A stretch of DNA of 64,000 nucleotides from the NCBI GenBank assembly GCA_010093705.1, contig MU006091.1, positions 558,001 to 622,000 of the forward strand, in the 5' to 3' direction. The notes below the pieces were generated by a model that was given only the letters and a program-made list of their open reading frames with translations, did not search any database and was not told where the DNA came from. This DNA is from Patellaria atrata CBS 101060. Lineage: Eukaryota. A program made the translations under genes and the position numbers. Below, piece by piece: positions 51,973 through 64,000 of this stretch. Every line of letters begins with the position of its first letter. Position 1 is the stretch's first letter.

Positions 51973-52994
51973 ATGTTATTGACTTTTGCTGCGTTCTTCT
52001 GCTTTGCGTTTGTTTCGGCGACACCACCACCATTATCAGGTGTGTATTTGCCTTTCTAGGATGCTTATAACGCGTTCTTGCAGTACTGATTTCGTCTAGA
52101 CGCTTGTGCTGCTGTTTATGTCACTTTAACGCCGTCTGTTTATTCTTCTGCAAGCTTCAGTTCTACTGCTTCATCCTTTTCCACCAACAGTTATTCCAGC
52201 AGCTCTATAAACAATATACCCACTATAACAACTACCACGACAACTTCCATCCTTTCTTTCGGTTCATTGACAACTTCGAGCGGTATTTACACCCCACTCC
52301 CCTCCCAACTTGATGCTTTCGATTTCAAGGGCAACCTTGAGTTTCTCATATTGGATACTGATTTGTTACAGCTTCATCCCTCGTTACAGTTACGATCGTT
52401 ACCACTACAGTTACGCAATCAAGTACTGATAACCAATCTTTGAGCTATTCAGACACTTCTCCCGAGATAGGACGTGGCGGTCGGGTACCAGACGGACCAG
52501 GAGAGACCACTTCCGTACCTGGAGGAAATCCGATTGTTAGCGTCACACCGGGTGTTAGTGCAGGAATCATCGCTTCCCTCGGAGGCGGATTAGGTTTGTC
52601 TGTGGACTCAAATGGCATTACCTTTACCATCAGCCTAGGGGCCGATGTTAGCGTAGGTTTGGGAGTAACTGTGAGTGGCGTCGTAAACTTGCCTGGAATA
52701 GGGGGACGCGGTGCCGTTACCACGACCCGGACGACGATCTCCATTCCGACGACGTTACTCACAATAACTTCTACGAGCGTTCCTGCTTCAGGAGGAGCAA
52801 GCTCTACTTCTCTCGTAGCTCCCATCACAACAACTTCTCCGACGACGACGACGACGACTTCAGCTCCAGCCGTCCAATTCCCAACTACCACAACTTCTAC
52901 AACTACAACTACTACAACTTCTACAACCAGAACGATTACAACTACAACAACACGAGCGTGCTCGCTCAATGGCTTGGGCCAATGTATTATCTGA
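51973..52994 (+). CDS. Secreted Ser/Thr-rich protein (three exons)
   Basis: Signal peptide MLLTFAAFFCFAFVSA. Introns at about 52040-52099 and 52283-52371. Thr-rich tract and C-terminal ACSLNGLGQCII*. Confidence 0.7.
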
Positions 52995-53894
52995 GATGGT
53001 AAGGTCTTAGTAGAAAGGGGCGAAAAGGATGGATTGTATAAGCCGTTTTGAGAGCAACATTATCCGTTATTGAATTCAAGGGAGGTTTGAAGCTGTGAGC
53101 AATTTTCTTTATATATCAGGCGTTGTCAGGCATCTTTCTAAGCTGTTAAATTGACTATGACTGTGCGGTATGGATGGGTAATGTGTATTAGAACTTTCTA
53201 TCTGTTATTATTTGCTCTCCGATACCCTACTAGTGAGAATGTCGTATTATTCGCTCATCTTTTTAATATCAGACAGTAGATGGTTACACACTCCGTATCT
53301 TTACCTGCGTTTGTAAACCCGTACAAGGGGTTGATTGTTCTTTTCGCTCACAACGAGCGCGAGTCTTTTAATCACTATGCGAACTTTGTACATGCAACAG
53401 GGTATTGCAAATTTTGTCCTCGAACGAAATTCCGAATAGCTGTACAGGAGAGCCAGCAAGCCCCTGAAAATGAGAGTACAACAAGTCAGAACTATTTCAA
53501 ATTGGAGCAAGAGAATGAAAAACATATCCTTAGCAGCGCCCGTCTAATGTATGATTCTATACTGTGATCGCCATGTGTACCCGAAGTTTAAGGGGGATTC
53601 AAGAACTTTATGAAGATATCGAGACTTGAAAAGGGGAAGACCCTCTTCGAACGTCACCCACCTCCCCGCCAACCCCACCCAAAAAAAATCTCCCCCACGC
53701 ATCAGTCCCATCCGAAAATATAAAGCTACAATACCATAGACCCATTTCCAAACAAATCAATTCCACCCAACTTCTCGTTCTCAGTCTCAGGCAAACTATA
53801 TTCCATCAACCTATTATCTAACCTCATCTCACTCTCCTCACCCAGACATCCAACCCTTCCAACCATCCTGCCCACAAGCCCCAACCCGCGAAAC

Positions 53895-54612
53895 ATGCCC
53901 CTAACAGAAGATGAAATCGACGACCTCCTCTACCTCGCGCGCATAAACGATACCACCGACCTCTCCTCCCTCCTAACGTCCCTCTCGCAAACCCACTCCC
54001 TTCCTCCCCAAACCATACTAGAAGCCGCGCAGGACCCAGAAACCGGCAACGGAGTCCTACACTACGCGGCCGCGAACGGACACATAGGTACCCCCCCCTA
54101 GCATCCCTTGAGAATCCCTCAACACTAACACCCGCATAACAGACATCCTCGACTTCATACTCTCCCTCTACCCATCCCCGTCGTCCTCATCCTCACAGCC
54201 AACCTCAACCTCCACCTCGAACCCTTCATCCTCCATTACCGGTACTCCCCGCATACCCCTCCTCCACCCTAACGACCAAGGCAACACACCCCTCCACTAC
54301 GCCTCGCTGAACGGGCACCTCGCGTTCGTCAAGCGCCTCGTCGCGCTGGGCGCGGATCCCGCTGCCCGCAACGCCGCGGGCCACGATCCCGTGTACGAGG
54401 CTGAGATGGGCGGGCGGGACGAGGTGGTCGGGTGGTTGTTAGCGGAAGGAGGGGCGAGTTTGGAGGGTGGGGTTGGCGGGGAAGAGGGAGGCGCAGAGAT
54501 AGGGGAGGATATCGATGTGGGGGTGAGTGAAGTGGATGGGGAGGAGAAGATTGTGGAGGGTGTGAGGAGGGAGTTGGAGAGGGCTGGGGTTGTGGAACGG
54601 GAGGGAGGATGA
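53895..54612 (+). CDS. YAR1: Ankyrin-repeat protein, Yar1-like
   Basis: LTEDEIDDLLYLAR, GNGVLHYAAANGH and NDQGNTPLHYASLNGH motifs, acidic tail, one intron. Confidence 0.8.
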
Positions 54613-54983
54613 GATGAGATTGTGGCAAATGGGAAGAAACTATAGACGGGGGAGTAAGGGACGTGAGAATGGTTGTGTACCATGGTTATGGCGCATCAGC
54701 CGGCAAAGGCGAAAGTTGATATGCCTAGAGAGAAGATATGATGGGGTGGTACTCGATACAAGTGCGTTGAAGAAGATACCTAATATAATACAATACATCA
54801 CCATGCGTGGATACAGCGCTGATCACCGTCTGATCCAAAGTCCCAATGCAAAGGCTCGATATCCATGCAACCGATAACAACGCCTTCCAATCCAAGCGTA
54901 AAGCTGCACGGATGCATCAGATTCTACAGAAAACCCACCAGGTCCCCAAAACCCGCTAACCTTATCCAAAAGTCTTCTATCAC

Positions 54984-55907
54984 TCAGTCTCTCAACCATG
55001 CTCTCCTCCTCTCCTCCTTCTTCGATCTTCTCTTCTCCTTGAATGCCTTGACTTCCTGCTTACTCAACTTCTTCCCCTGCCTCTCGGCCTTCAAGCTACG
55101 TCCATCATGATTATTCGCCGCGGCATCGACATCGAAGAATGCGTTCATCTGCCTCTTCGACTTATTCTCATCGTTAAAGTTCTCCGGTTTCAACGCGTCC
55201 GATTGAAAGCGGCCGGTGAAGCGGTTGAAGGAGCCAGTCGCACCGTAAGAATCAGCGGGATCGGATGACGCAGTTGCGGCGAGGAGGGGATGCGAAACTG
55301 GGAGCGCAGCCTCGTCTTCAGAGGAGTGATCTAATTGCGCGTAATCTGCGTTCGGATCGTAATTCCCATGGATCGCGGGATTGTAGCCGCCTGCTACTCG
55401 TTTTCTCTTCCGCTCCCTGCTCAGCTCTCCTTCTTCTTCTTCTGTTGCCTGCGGCTGGGGTTCTGTACCAGGCGCTCCTAAGGACGTGCTGGGCGGTGCT
55501 GTTCTGTCGTGTGCGCCTAGTCCTGGAGGAGCGGCGGAGGAAGAGGATGCTTCGGGCACTCGTGGGTTCTTCCATTGCGTGGCGCCTGTAAAGCGGTTGT
55601 AGAAGTAGAATGCGTTGGCGTTGGGCTCCCAGACGGGCTCCCAGCCGTCGTCGGGGGGCGCTTCGTCTGGAAGAGGGGGAGGTAAGGTCTCGGTGGGTAG
55701 AGGTGGACTAGTGACTGGATCAGGTGTATCTTCGGGTTTGGAAATGCTCTGGGGATCAGAAGAGGACGCTTCTATTGCTTGTTGTGGGGTTGTTTGTTTT
55801 GCGGGAATTGCGTCTGCGGCTTGTGTAGGCTGGGTGGTTGGTTGAGTGTCCCCATTCTGCTCACCACCTAAAGAAGTTTGGTCTTTAGACTCACTAGCTG
55901 TAGCCAT
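54984..55907 (-). CDS. Conserved fungal WW-domain protein
   Basis: WW domain DGWEPVW....AFYFYNRFTGATQWKNP and a basic C-terminus KSKRQMNAFFD...RRRAWLRD. Confidence 0.85.
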   Translation of the reverse strand: MATASESKDQTSLGGEQNGDTQPTTQPTQAADAIPAKQTTPQQAIEASSSDPQSISKPEDTPDPVTSPPLPTETLPPPLPDEAPPDDGWEPVWEPNANAFYFYNRFTGATQWKNPRVPEASSSSAAPPGLGAHDRTAPPSTSLGAPGTEPQPQATEEEEGELSRERKRKRVAGGYNPAIHGNYDPNADYAQLDHSSEDEAALPVSHPLLAATASSDPADSYGATGSFNRFTGRFQSDALKPENFNDENKSKRQMNAFFDVDAAANNHDGRSLKAERQGKKLSKQEVKAFKEKRRSKKEERRRAWLRD

Positions 55908-56091
55908 GTTCCAGTGATGTAGTGATGTGGAATTAATGAGAGTAGAAGATAAACCAGACGTGCTGGAAAATTAAAACAATTCGAGGTTCGAGGTTCAAGG
56001 TGGTCATTTGTTGATGGTGAGGCCGTGAGGTCAGGTCTCGGCTTCGGTGCTTAGTCATCTGAGGACCGTGCAGCTAGCGCAACCTGCTGGA

Positions 56092-56099
56092 TATATAAA
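56092..56099 (+). promoter_or_regulatory. TATA box of the U1 snRNA gene
   Basis: TATATAAA followed by a ~46-nt pyrimidine tract that leads directly to the U1 5' end. Confidence 0.7.
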
Positions 56100-56146
56100 C
56101 TCCTCTTCCCCTCCTCCTCTTCCTCTTCTTTTTCTTTCTCTTCTTC

Positions 56147-56280
56147 ATACTTACCTTCTTGGGGTCGCTTGAGATCAAGAAACCGAGCACCTGGAGGACC
56201 GTCCTGCATTGCACATTGCGGCGATCGGACTTCCACTGTTCTCCTTCGGGGGCACAGCCGGGGCAATTTTTGCTGGCATA
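56147..56280 (+). ncRNA. U1: U1 spliceosomal snRNA
   Basis: 5' ATACTTACCT, loop I GATCAAGAA (56173-56181), loop II ATTGCAC (56208-56214), a UUCG-capped stem III and Sm site AATTTTTG (56265-56272). The 3' end is approximate. Confidence 0.95.
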
Positions 56281-56848
56281 CCTTTTTTCATTGATTGACT
56301 CGTTATTGCGGGCTATCGAGGAAAGCAGTTGACGCGTAGTTTTTCCTCCACACCAAGTTCCACCTCACCATATCTAAAGTTTGGCTGCTTGTCCCGTCAT
56401 CACCTTACCAACAAAATCAACTCACGGTACAAAGGCGCGTGCCTGTAGAAGCACCCTCTATAAACTCTCTTCTCCACACGAACCCATTATCAAAACATCT
56501 CCTCAAACAGTACATAACATCTCCCCGTAATCCTTCTTGTACTAAATAAGCTACACACACAAGCTGACCCTCCGCATCCTTATATGATCGAGGAAGAAGC
56601 ATGCAAGTCTTCACCGATGCTGCTGAAAGCGAGAGTCTTATGGCATTCTCTTTGCTAACTTTCGATACATGAAGAAGATCTACTGCTTCGATACTAAATT
56701 CAATACATGAAGTGGATATGCTAATCCAACGCCGAATTCCGATAACATGAAAAAGTAAATGCTGAGCGATCGATCCAATGCTACCCTCCAAATCCCTTGT
56801 CCTACTAGTAATATACACCTCTGGTTTAAACCACTCTCCTTCACTGAT

Positions 56849-57999
56849 CTAGATGACCAAATGTGGCGGATCTTCCACCGCACACTCATCAAACTCATCC
56901 TCCTTCCTATACCAAAAATACTGTACGAAAACCCCTGCATCCAACAGCAGCGTACCAAAACTTCCCACCAACCACGACATATTGACGGCAATATACCTCC
57001 CATAGATACTTCTCGCCTCACCTTGCTCGCAATGGCCCGGATATTTGCATACCGGAGAGTACGCTAGGATACTCATGACGTACGTGACGTTCCCGATACA
57101 CGCGAAGAGAAAAAACAGCATGGAGATCCCCTCGGTGCTCTTGCGGCGGTAGTTGAGAAGCAGTTGCGGCACCCGCGATCCGAGGTACAGAGCGGCGCAG
57201 ATGTACCCGAATATCTGGCCGGTGGTGTTGAAGTGGATTGCTTCGCCGCCTTTGGGCTCTTTGCTGTCGTAGCCCGCGTGCGGTCCTCGGTTGCTGAGCC
57301 ACCAGCCCAGCACACCGGCTGCGCAGACCATGATGACCGCGGTTAGGTTGAAGAGAGCAGATTTGAGGAGTGATTGGGCTGGGACTGTCTGTTTTGGAAA
57401 CACATGTTTGGGTTTTGTATCTGGGACGAAGGGAATGGCTGGGGATAAGTGCATGCCGTTGGTGGCGAATAGTCTCTCTCTGAATGAAGACGATGTCGAG
57501 ACACGGCGCTCGATGTCGCTAATCCTGGGAACCCTGTTGACGTCGAAAGATGCATTACCATTTGTTGGCAGCAGGGGTGATCTTTCGGACGTCCCATTGC
57601 CATTGACGCGCATCCTTTCGTCGACTGGCGTAGCTGGTGTATCGTCCAAGGTAAAACCTTTGTAGTAGAAACATTGACACAGAAGCACAATGTCTGCTAT
57701 GGTATAATAGACAGCAAGAATGATCTAGTATTTGATTAGAGAAGCAGTGTATAGATACTCATAAATAGACTCACCATTGTAGGAAGTACACCCTGTAGAA
57801 TTGCTCCCAGGATATTGAAGACATCTCCAGCCAACCAAATGATCAGAAATAGAATGGAAAGACCATCTGCAGAACCTCTCCTGAAGTTCTCAATGATCTG
57901 AGGTGAAAACACAACAACCCAACAAGCAATGGATACGGAGCCACATATTCCACTGATAGCTTCAATGTCAAGCCGTAAGCCTTGGGTTGGAGGGAACAT
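56849..57999 (-). CDS. Vacuolar PQ-loop cationic amino-acid transporter (Ypq/PQLC2-like)
   Basis: Two PQ loops (FSPQIIENFRRGSADGLS and SRVPQLLLNYRRKSTEGIS). One intron at about 57726-57774. Confidence 0.92.
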
Positions 58000-58684
58000 G
58001 TTTCTGAGACTGTAGGATGGTCAGGACTGCAAATTGATCAAGGCGTCCCAGCTAGAAGAGAAATAGAAGGGCGTTCTATAAGAGGCAATGTCCGTGATAT
58101 GTTGGGTACAGTTTGTTGTTTGACTAAGCATAAGGCGGTGTAAGGTACCTAGAAAAGCGGACCTCGGAGGACAAAGCGGGGGTGGGAATTAGCGCTTTTG
58201 CAAGGATTGAAAGAGGGAATGATTAGGTAGTAACTATTACTTAAAAAAGTTGGTATATCATGTCAATTGGCCGTTATGGTTAGGATGAAAAGGTGAAAAA
58301 GATTGGAGGGAAAAGAAGTTTGAAGTATAAACTACGACGGAGTACCTTTAGTAGGAAAGTTTTCTTTGGGGTGTGACGTCCTAAATCTGGGGAAAATCTG
58401 AAGCTAGTGGCAAGGGGTGAACTCAGCGCTGCTCCAGGCACTGTGATCTGCAGATCCAGGCCAGGTACCCGTTGCCAGCCAAATTGCGCCTTATTAGCAA
58501 ATACCAGCCATGATACAACTTTTGCAATGAGAGATACTAAGGTAAGGTATACTGTATTGTACGGAGTACTTCCAGGAGGAAGGTACAGTCTAAGGTAATT
58601 AGTCAAGTCACTTTCATATAAACTTGTCTTTTGCTCTCCTCATAATCCTTCATTCTAACCGTCATTGTTGATTGTCTTTCGAGT

Positions 58685-61622
58685 CTATAGATTGTTATCT
58701 TTCTTGAACTTATCCCACGCTTCATTAAGAGTGCTAAACACACTTGCGCTTATCATGCGCTGTTCTGTTGTTGCTGTTGACGGTATCTAAATGTCATCAG
58801 CAATCCATAATCGCCGTTGTGAATACGTGATATCATCCTACCTTGTCAGGGTGTACCTTTGCGATAGCTTTCATGTACACAATCTTAACTTTATTTGGCA
58901 TGACAAGATCGCTCATTCCCACTTTCTTCCATCCAGCTTCAGCCCAGAGGACGGAATCCAGCGAACCCAACAACGCTCGTAAGTTGTCTGCTTTAGTACC
59001 CTTCCACGCGATGAGTTTTGAGTCTACCTGATCAGCAAGGGCGAACTTCTCGTCATCCACTTTTTCCGCAGCCGCATTTGCAGCTCGAAGTTTCTTCACC
59101 GCTTCAGCGGAAGCCGCTGTACTCAATGCAGGTCTTCTGCTCGGTTCACTGAGTGCCGATGGTCTTGGTGGAGATGCTTTCTTGACAGTAGGACGAAGGG
59201 TTGAAGAAGCTCGAGCTTGTTGATTCCCACCTCCAGCTGCCTTCTCACACCTGTTGCGACCTTGGATGCTGACAGACCCGCCAACACCTGCTTCCACCGC
59301 TTCCTGCCAGATCTTTCCGGCATCAGTCCACTTTTCCATGTGTTCAAGTGCTTCCGCTTTGCGCATCAGGGCCTTCCCATAGAATTCTTTCATCTCTTTC
59401 TCGCCTTCTGCCCCGCCCAAGGCGATCTTTTCTCCTTCCCCTCGCGAGACACCAATAGTGGACAGGGCTTTATCAGCGTCTACAACAGCTGCCTTTGGAT
59501 CCCCAGTTTTAATGTTAGTAAGGGCACGATTGCAAAGTACAATAATAGTAACGGGATGACCATCTGGTAATGGAGATAGCGCACTACTGTACGCCGTGTG
59601 AGCTCCGGAGTAATCACCTCGTTTGAAGGCTTCCGACCCCTTTTGGCGATAGGACGTTGAAGATGAAAGGGCGGATGAGGATGCAGGTGGTATCCTTCGC
59701 GGAGGTGCTGATGGTCTGACAGGGATGGGTGTCGTCCTCGGACTATGCTTTGTAGTCGGAGGAGCTGTATGGGCAAAGGGGTTCCTAGATTGTAACGGTG
59801 GTGAAGCCACTGCTTGGCGGGAAGTGTGTGGGCGAGAAGATAATGCTGGTGTAGGTTCGGGACTTGGTGCAACCTCGCTGGTGGTAGGTGTTACTCTTTT
59901 CCGACGTGCAGGACTGACATACGCCTGTGAGCTTTGTGTCTCTACATCTTCTCGCCTGAGCCTCCCCGTCGTACTTCTGTCCCGCGATGATGCTTGCGAA
60001 AACCGCGGCTGTGGAGAGGCGCGGCTGGGAATCTGCTGGGAACGTGCTACAGGTTCACTTAGATCGTCGGCGAACCGAGAGTTTGACGGTTGCTGTGTGC
60101 TGTGTTTTTCCTTACTCGGTCGAGAAGGCTCGGGACGGGATTCAAGCATCATAGCTTCGTCTGTAACTCCGACTTCTGTGGCTGGTTCTGATGCCTTGTG
60201 AGAACGTACCTCGCGTCTTTTCTCTGGATCACGACTACTTTCTCGAACTTGAGCTTCTCTCATCCATTTTGGTTGACTTGAATCTCCTTCTTGTTGGAAG
60301 TCGGCCACTGCTCTTTGTACCTTCTTTTGTCCCGTCTTCCACAGTGAATTCGCTGATTTGAACAGAGTGGAGCTGAGTTCGGTTGCGTATTGTGCAACAT
60401 CTTTGTCTCTTGCTGGTGATCTGTTCTCTTGCCTACGCTGGCCACTGATTGATCGTTCAGGTTGGGATCGCATCCATGCCGGTGTAGATTCATCGCGCCG
60501 GGTTTCGCTATGCTCTCCCCGCCCTTGCTTCCGTCTAACATCCGGATCATCATTTCTCGGACTTTTCCCTCTTTGCACTTGTTCTCGACCCCTCGCCTTT
60601 TGTTTTGACTCCTCGTGAGCTTGACTTAGGAGTAAACCTACAGCTGCTTGCACATTTAAGCCACTCTCAGTATTGTCAAGTGCCAGAGCCGATTTTTCTG
60701 CAGGGAAGCCCATATCTACTAGTTCGGCTATAGCCTTATCACGGGGATTCGGTGTTTTAATAGACCGTTCCCGTAATACTGTTCCCGACATACTCGTACC
60801 ATTCTCGACGGATGGCTTTGCGGTAGGTATTTCTGAAACAGGCTTACCCAGCATTCCGAGAATATCGTCATCGTTACCAGCACTTGTTGTCACTATAGAA
60901 TTTATATTTTGCTTCTTGGCCAGCTGGTTCAGCCCGAAGGGGTCATCATCATCCTCAATAAACGTATTATTGGCTGCTGTAGTTGACTGCTGGACGCTGC
61001 TTGGGACAGCAGCTCTCTGTGCAGGGGTAGATCTACCACTTCCCGAGATCTGGGGTACAGGAAAGTGACTTGATTTATCAACCGGAGCCGCAGAATTAAA
61101 AGCAGCAAGAATATCATCTTCATTATTGGGAGTTGAAGATAGCACAGGTTGCTTTTGCCGAGCGTTCAATTTCGCAAATGGTTTGTTTATAGAAGCTGAT
61201 AGAGTGTTATTGCCTGGAGAAGGAGCACTTATGGGAGAGATAACGCCCTGCGTCGTTCCACCACCGCCTAATTTGTCCCAGAATTGGGAGTCTTGGGCTC
61301 CATATCTCTTACGTTGCTCCTCTTCTTGCTTTGCCTTCTCTTCCAGTAACTGTCTTTGTCTTTCCTGTAAAGAAAGGTTTGCCGTAGGTTTTGCTACCGT
61401 CGGACCCAGTAAGCTCGCAAAGCTGTCGTTGGCAGGTGTAGATGGCTTTGACCTTTGTATTGTTGGGTTTCCAGACGCTTGAGTGGAAAGTGGAGTAGAG
61501 CGTCCGGAAAACGACGGAGAAGGAGAAGGCCTTAAGGATGGGAAGGATGAATTAGTTTTGTTCGCGGTATTCGAGGTATTATTTGAAGTAGAGCTCCAGT
61601 CGAGGCCAGAAAGGTCATTCAT
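58685..61622 (-). CDS. SWA2: Auxilin-like clathrin-uncoating factor (UBA-TPR-J domain), Swa2-like
   Basis: DPF motif, UBA (LVDMGF), TPR (GSEAFKRGDY..NRA) and J-domain HPDK|IP...LNEAWDKF. Final exon ends at 58685. Confidence 0.92.
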
Positions 61623-63493
61623 AGTGGGAGGGGCTAAGAGGTGATAGGTCTACTGGGAGTTGTGGAGTAATCCGACAAGTCTATATTATGTCTTCAAATG
61701 ATTGGGGAAGAGTATAAGGAGAGTCCATATCAAGGCACTTATAGAGGCCAATGTGCGCAATAGTCACAAATGAATGTATGTTTGGCACCGAGCTGTGCTG
61801 AACTCATCATGCGCCGAGCATAATTCTAAACGCTTGTCGCGCGCCTAATTTTAGAACTAACCGCAGGAATTATCAACGACCGTCGCCTACGTATTTTCCA
61901 AGCGCTTCCCTCTTGCCCCTTTCTGCTCCCATCGTCGATCTTTATGCTACGCAAAAATAGGCATGGCACGATATGCTACTCTCTGACTCGCCATGTAACC
62001 TTAGCCCTTTCTTTGAGAATTGAGACCCGACGATATCATGGCGTTCCCGTCGGGGCGATACGGCAGTGGCCTCTAGCAAGGGGAGGGTTACGACTTTGCA
62101 GTATAGCGAAGTAACCTGAGTAGGGGAGTGAACGCCTCAACTATCCCCGCTCTAAAGAGCTGAGAGAAACTTATACAAACTATTGATAAAGCCGGTATCC
62201 CCGTTTCTTTAGTATAGCAAGGAACCAATGAAAGCATTACGGTTCAAGCAAACTCCATCTTCACCATGCGAGTCAACAGAATTGAGTTTGTGTCCGAACC
62301 TGACAACGATTCTACCGCGACTAATAATTGATGAATGAACGTAAGACTGTTGTCGGTTGTCATGAGGTACCTTCGTGGTTTCGCTACTACGGGGTCCGCC
62401 TCACTGATTTAGGGCAGAAGTTCGTCAAAGCAAACTTTGTATCCCGGGGATCATGTAGGACAATACACGTGGAAACGATTGATAGTACAGTAACACTGAT
62501 TTAGGGGACTCAAATAGCTGAGATAGTGACTAGGCTCACTGCTCCAACAGCGTCATCGGTAAGGTAGGTTGTTACATCCACTCCAAATACATGTAGTCAC
62601 CTAATAAGGTACTCCCACCGTCTGCATGCCAACGCAGTGACAAAGTAAGAATGGATGTCGCGATACTCGCCACGAAAATGTCTGTACGAAAACTAAAAGC
62701 GGGAAGCTTGCCGGCGTACCAAGAACCGACTCGGAAAAAGCATCTTTTGAATTTACTCCCCCCACTGCATTCTGCCACCAATTTGGGATTTGGGCTGTAT
62801 TGACGCCTCCATTCGAACCCCTATTCTGAAATGGATACAAAACCGAAGAGGGGGAAGGTTGATTTTTACCTACTTTTGTGTTTCTAGTAGTTCTATAAGT
62901 GATCAGATATCAGCTTTCTTCCACAACACCAAACAGTAACCTAAATTTTACCAACAAACGGCTTTTTGAGCATTGACGACTCGCCAAAAGATTTAAACAT
63001 CAGTGCCATCCGATCTTCAACTCTGTCACAGCGTCTTGACCCGGAGAATTGGTGCCAGACTAGCCTGCCGAACGACTAGTAGGCCGGTGTCTGATCTGTG
63101 TGTACCTGCAGCTCGGAGCCTCCCTTGACTCCCTTGAACTCTCTTCCTCCACTACTCTGATCCTCCATCCGCTTTGACAATTTTTTCATCAAAGGCCGCA
63201 CACTCGCTGTCACGGCGCTCAAAAGCCCTGTATTCTCCGCCGGCAATCGCCCGCACCGGAGAGAGCGCTGTGCTCTTACCTTTATCACTTTAATCGACCG
63301 CTGTTTCTTCGACCTTCTGAAAGAGGTAACGGAAATTCCGGCGGTACCTAATTGCTGGGACCGAATCCCTTCGAGAATCAATTTCCAACCCCTCGAATTT
63401 CACAACACTCTCATTTATCTCCCTTCCTCCCAGAGAAAATAATTTTGCCTGATTACTTACGGTTGGCCATAACAATACTCTGCGAGCACTATA

Positions 63494-64000
63494 ATGGGAC
63501 TTTTCGGTCGCAAGAGCTCTAAACCTACTATTCCAAGTAGTCCGGACTCCCAATCTATGATCTCGAATACATCACTAAAGTCTCCTCCTCTCCCAAGAAG
63601 CGCGAGCGGTGCAGCACTGGCCATGTCCATGAACTCTTTGCTAGATATCCCTCTCCCGAGGGCACCAGATCCCAATCTCGATCCTGCAGGTTATCTTCGA
63701 AGCATATATGCAGTCCGGGAGAGAACGAGGCTAGTTCTGGAAAAAGCAAAGAAAAATCAACTAAAACATTTCATCGTGGACATGTCTAAATTTTCAGAAA
63801 CTGCTGCGTACGTTGTTTCTATAATCAAGGTATGTTTAGCCCGCCATAGACATGGGTAGTTTCAGTAGCTAATTCCCCTTGCCCTACTCATTAGAGAGAC
63901 TTTGCCCCTGATTATTCGTCCATACCACCACATGGGCGATGGCAACATTTTGAGGTAGGGGGACGTCCACGTGTGGATCAATTGATGGCGACCTGGCCGT
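63494..64000 (+). CDS. URC4: URC4/Urg3-family (DUF1688) protein, 5' part, truncated by the window edge
   Basis: YLRSIYAVRER, then after the intron RDFAPDYSSIPPHGRWQHFEVGGRPRV. Confidence 0.85.

Noticed and set aside
62325..62410. C/D-box snoRNA (TGATGA...CTGA)
   Set aside because: The boxes are present, but I cannot identify an rRNA-complementary guide or a terminal stem.
61990..62950. Telomerase RNA template candidates (TAACCTTAG near 61996, TAACCTAA near 62937)
   Set aside because: Neither matches the TAACCCTAA template needed for TTAGGG, and I see no convincing pseudoknot.
1..64000. CRISPR arrays, intact transposons, tRNA or rRNA genes
   Set aside because: I saw no repeat-spacer arrays, transposase/reverse-transcriptase/integrase ORFs, LTR/TIR pairs, cloverleaf or rRNA sequence.

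Overview
Gene-dense, intron-containing eukaryotic DNA from a filamentous ascomycete (Pezizomycotina; a Dothideomycete is my guess). Introns are mostly about 45-80 nt, GT-AG, with CTAAC/CTGAC-type branch points. I can support about 23 protein-coding genes, mostly housekeeping: a bilirubin-oxidase-type multicopper oxidase, an MFS transporter, Opi1/ccg-8, VPS54, a GT15 mannosyltransferase, MCM5, mitochondrial L19, NmrA, an asparaginase-ankyrin protein, VPS1, VMA1, a MORG1-like WD40 protein, septin CDC12, PWP2, CFD1, YAR1-like, a WW protein, a PQ-loop transporter, SWA2-like and URC4 (partial). A U1 snRNA gene starts at 56147. The region from about 3 to 15 kb is gene-poor and holds an apparently decayed ORF. 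Three signals are not explained by these genes: a ~490-nt nested, G-U-rich fold between PWP2 and CFD1 that I cannot assign to a known RNA family; a ~120-nt A-box/B-box/oligo-T unit at 205-333 that is not a tRNA; and repeated C-rich to G-rich skew switches that ignore gene orientation. All structures were found by eye and none were computed or searched.
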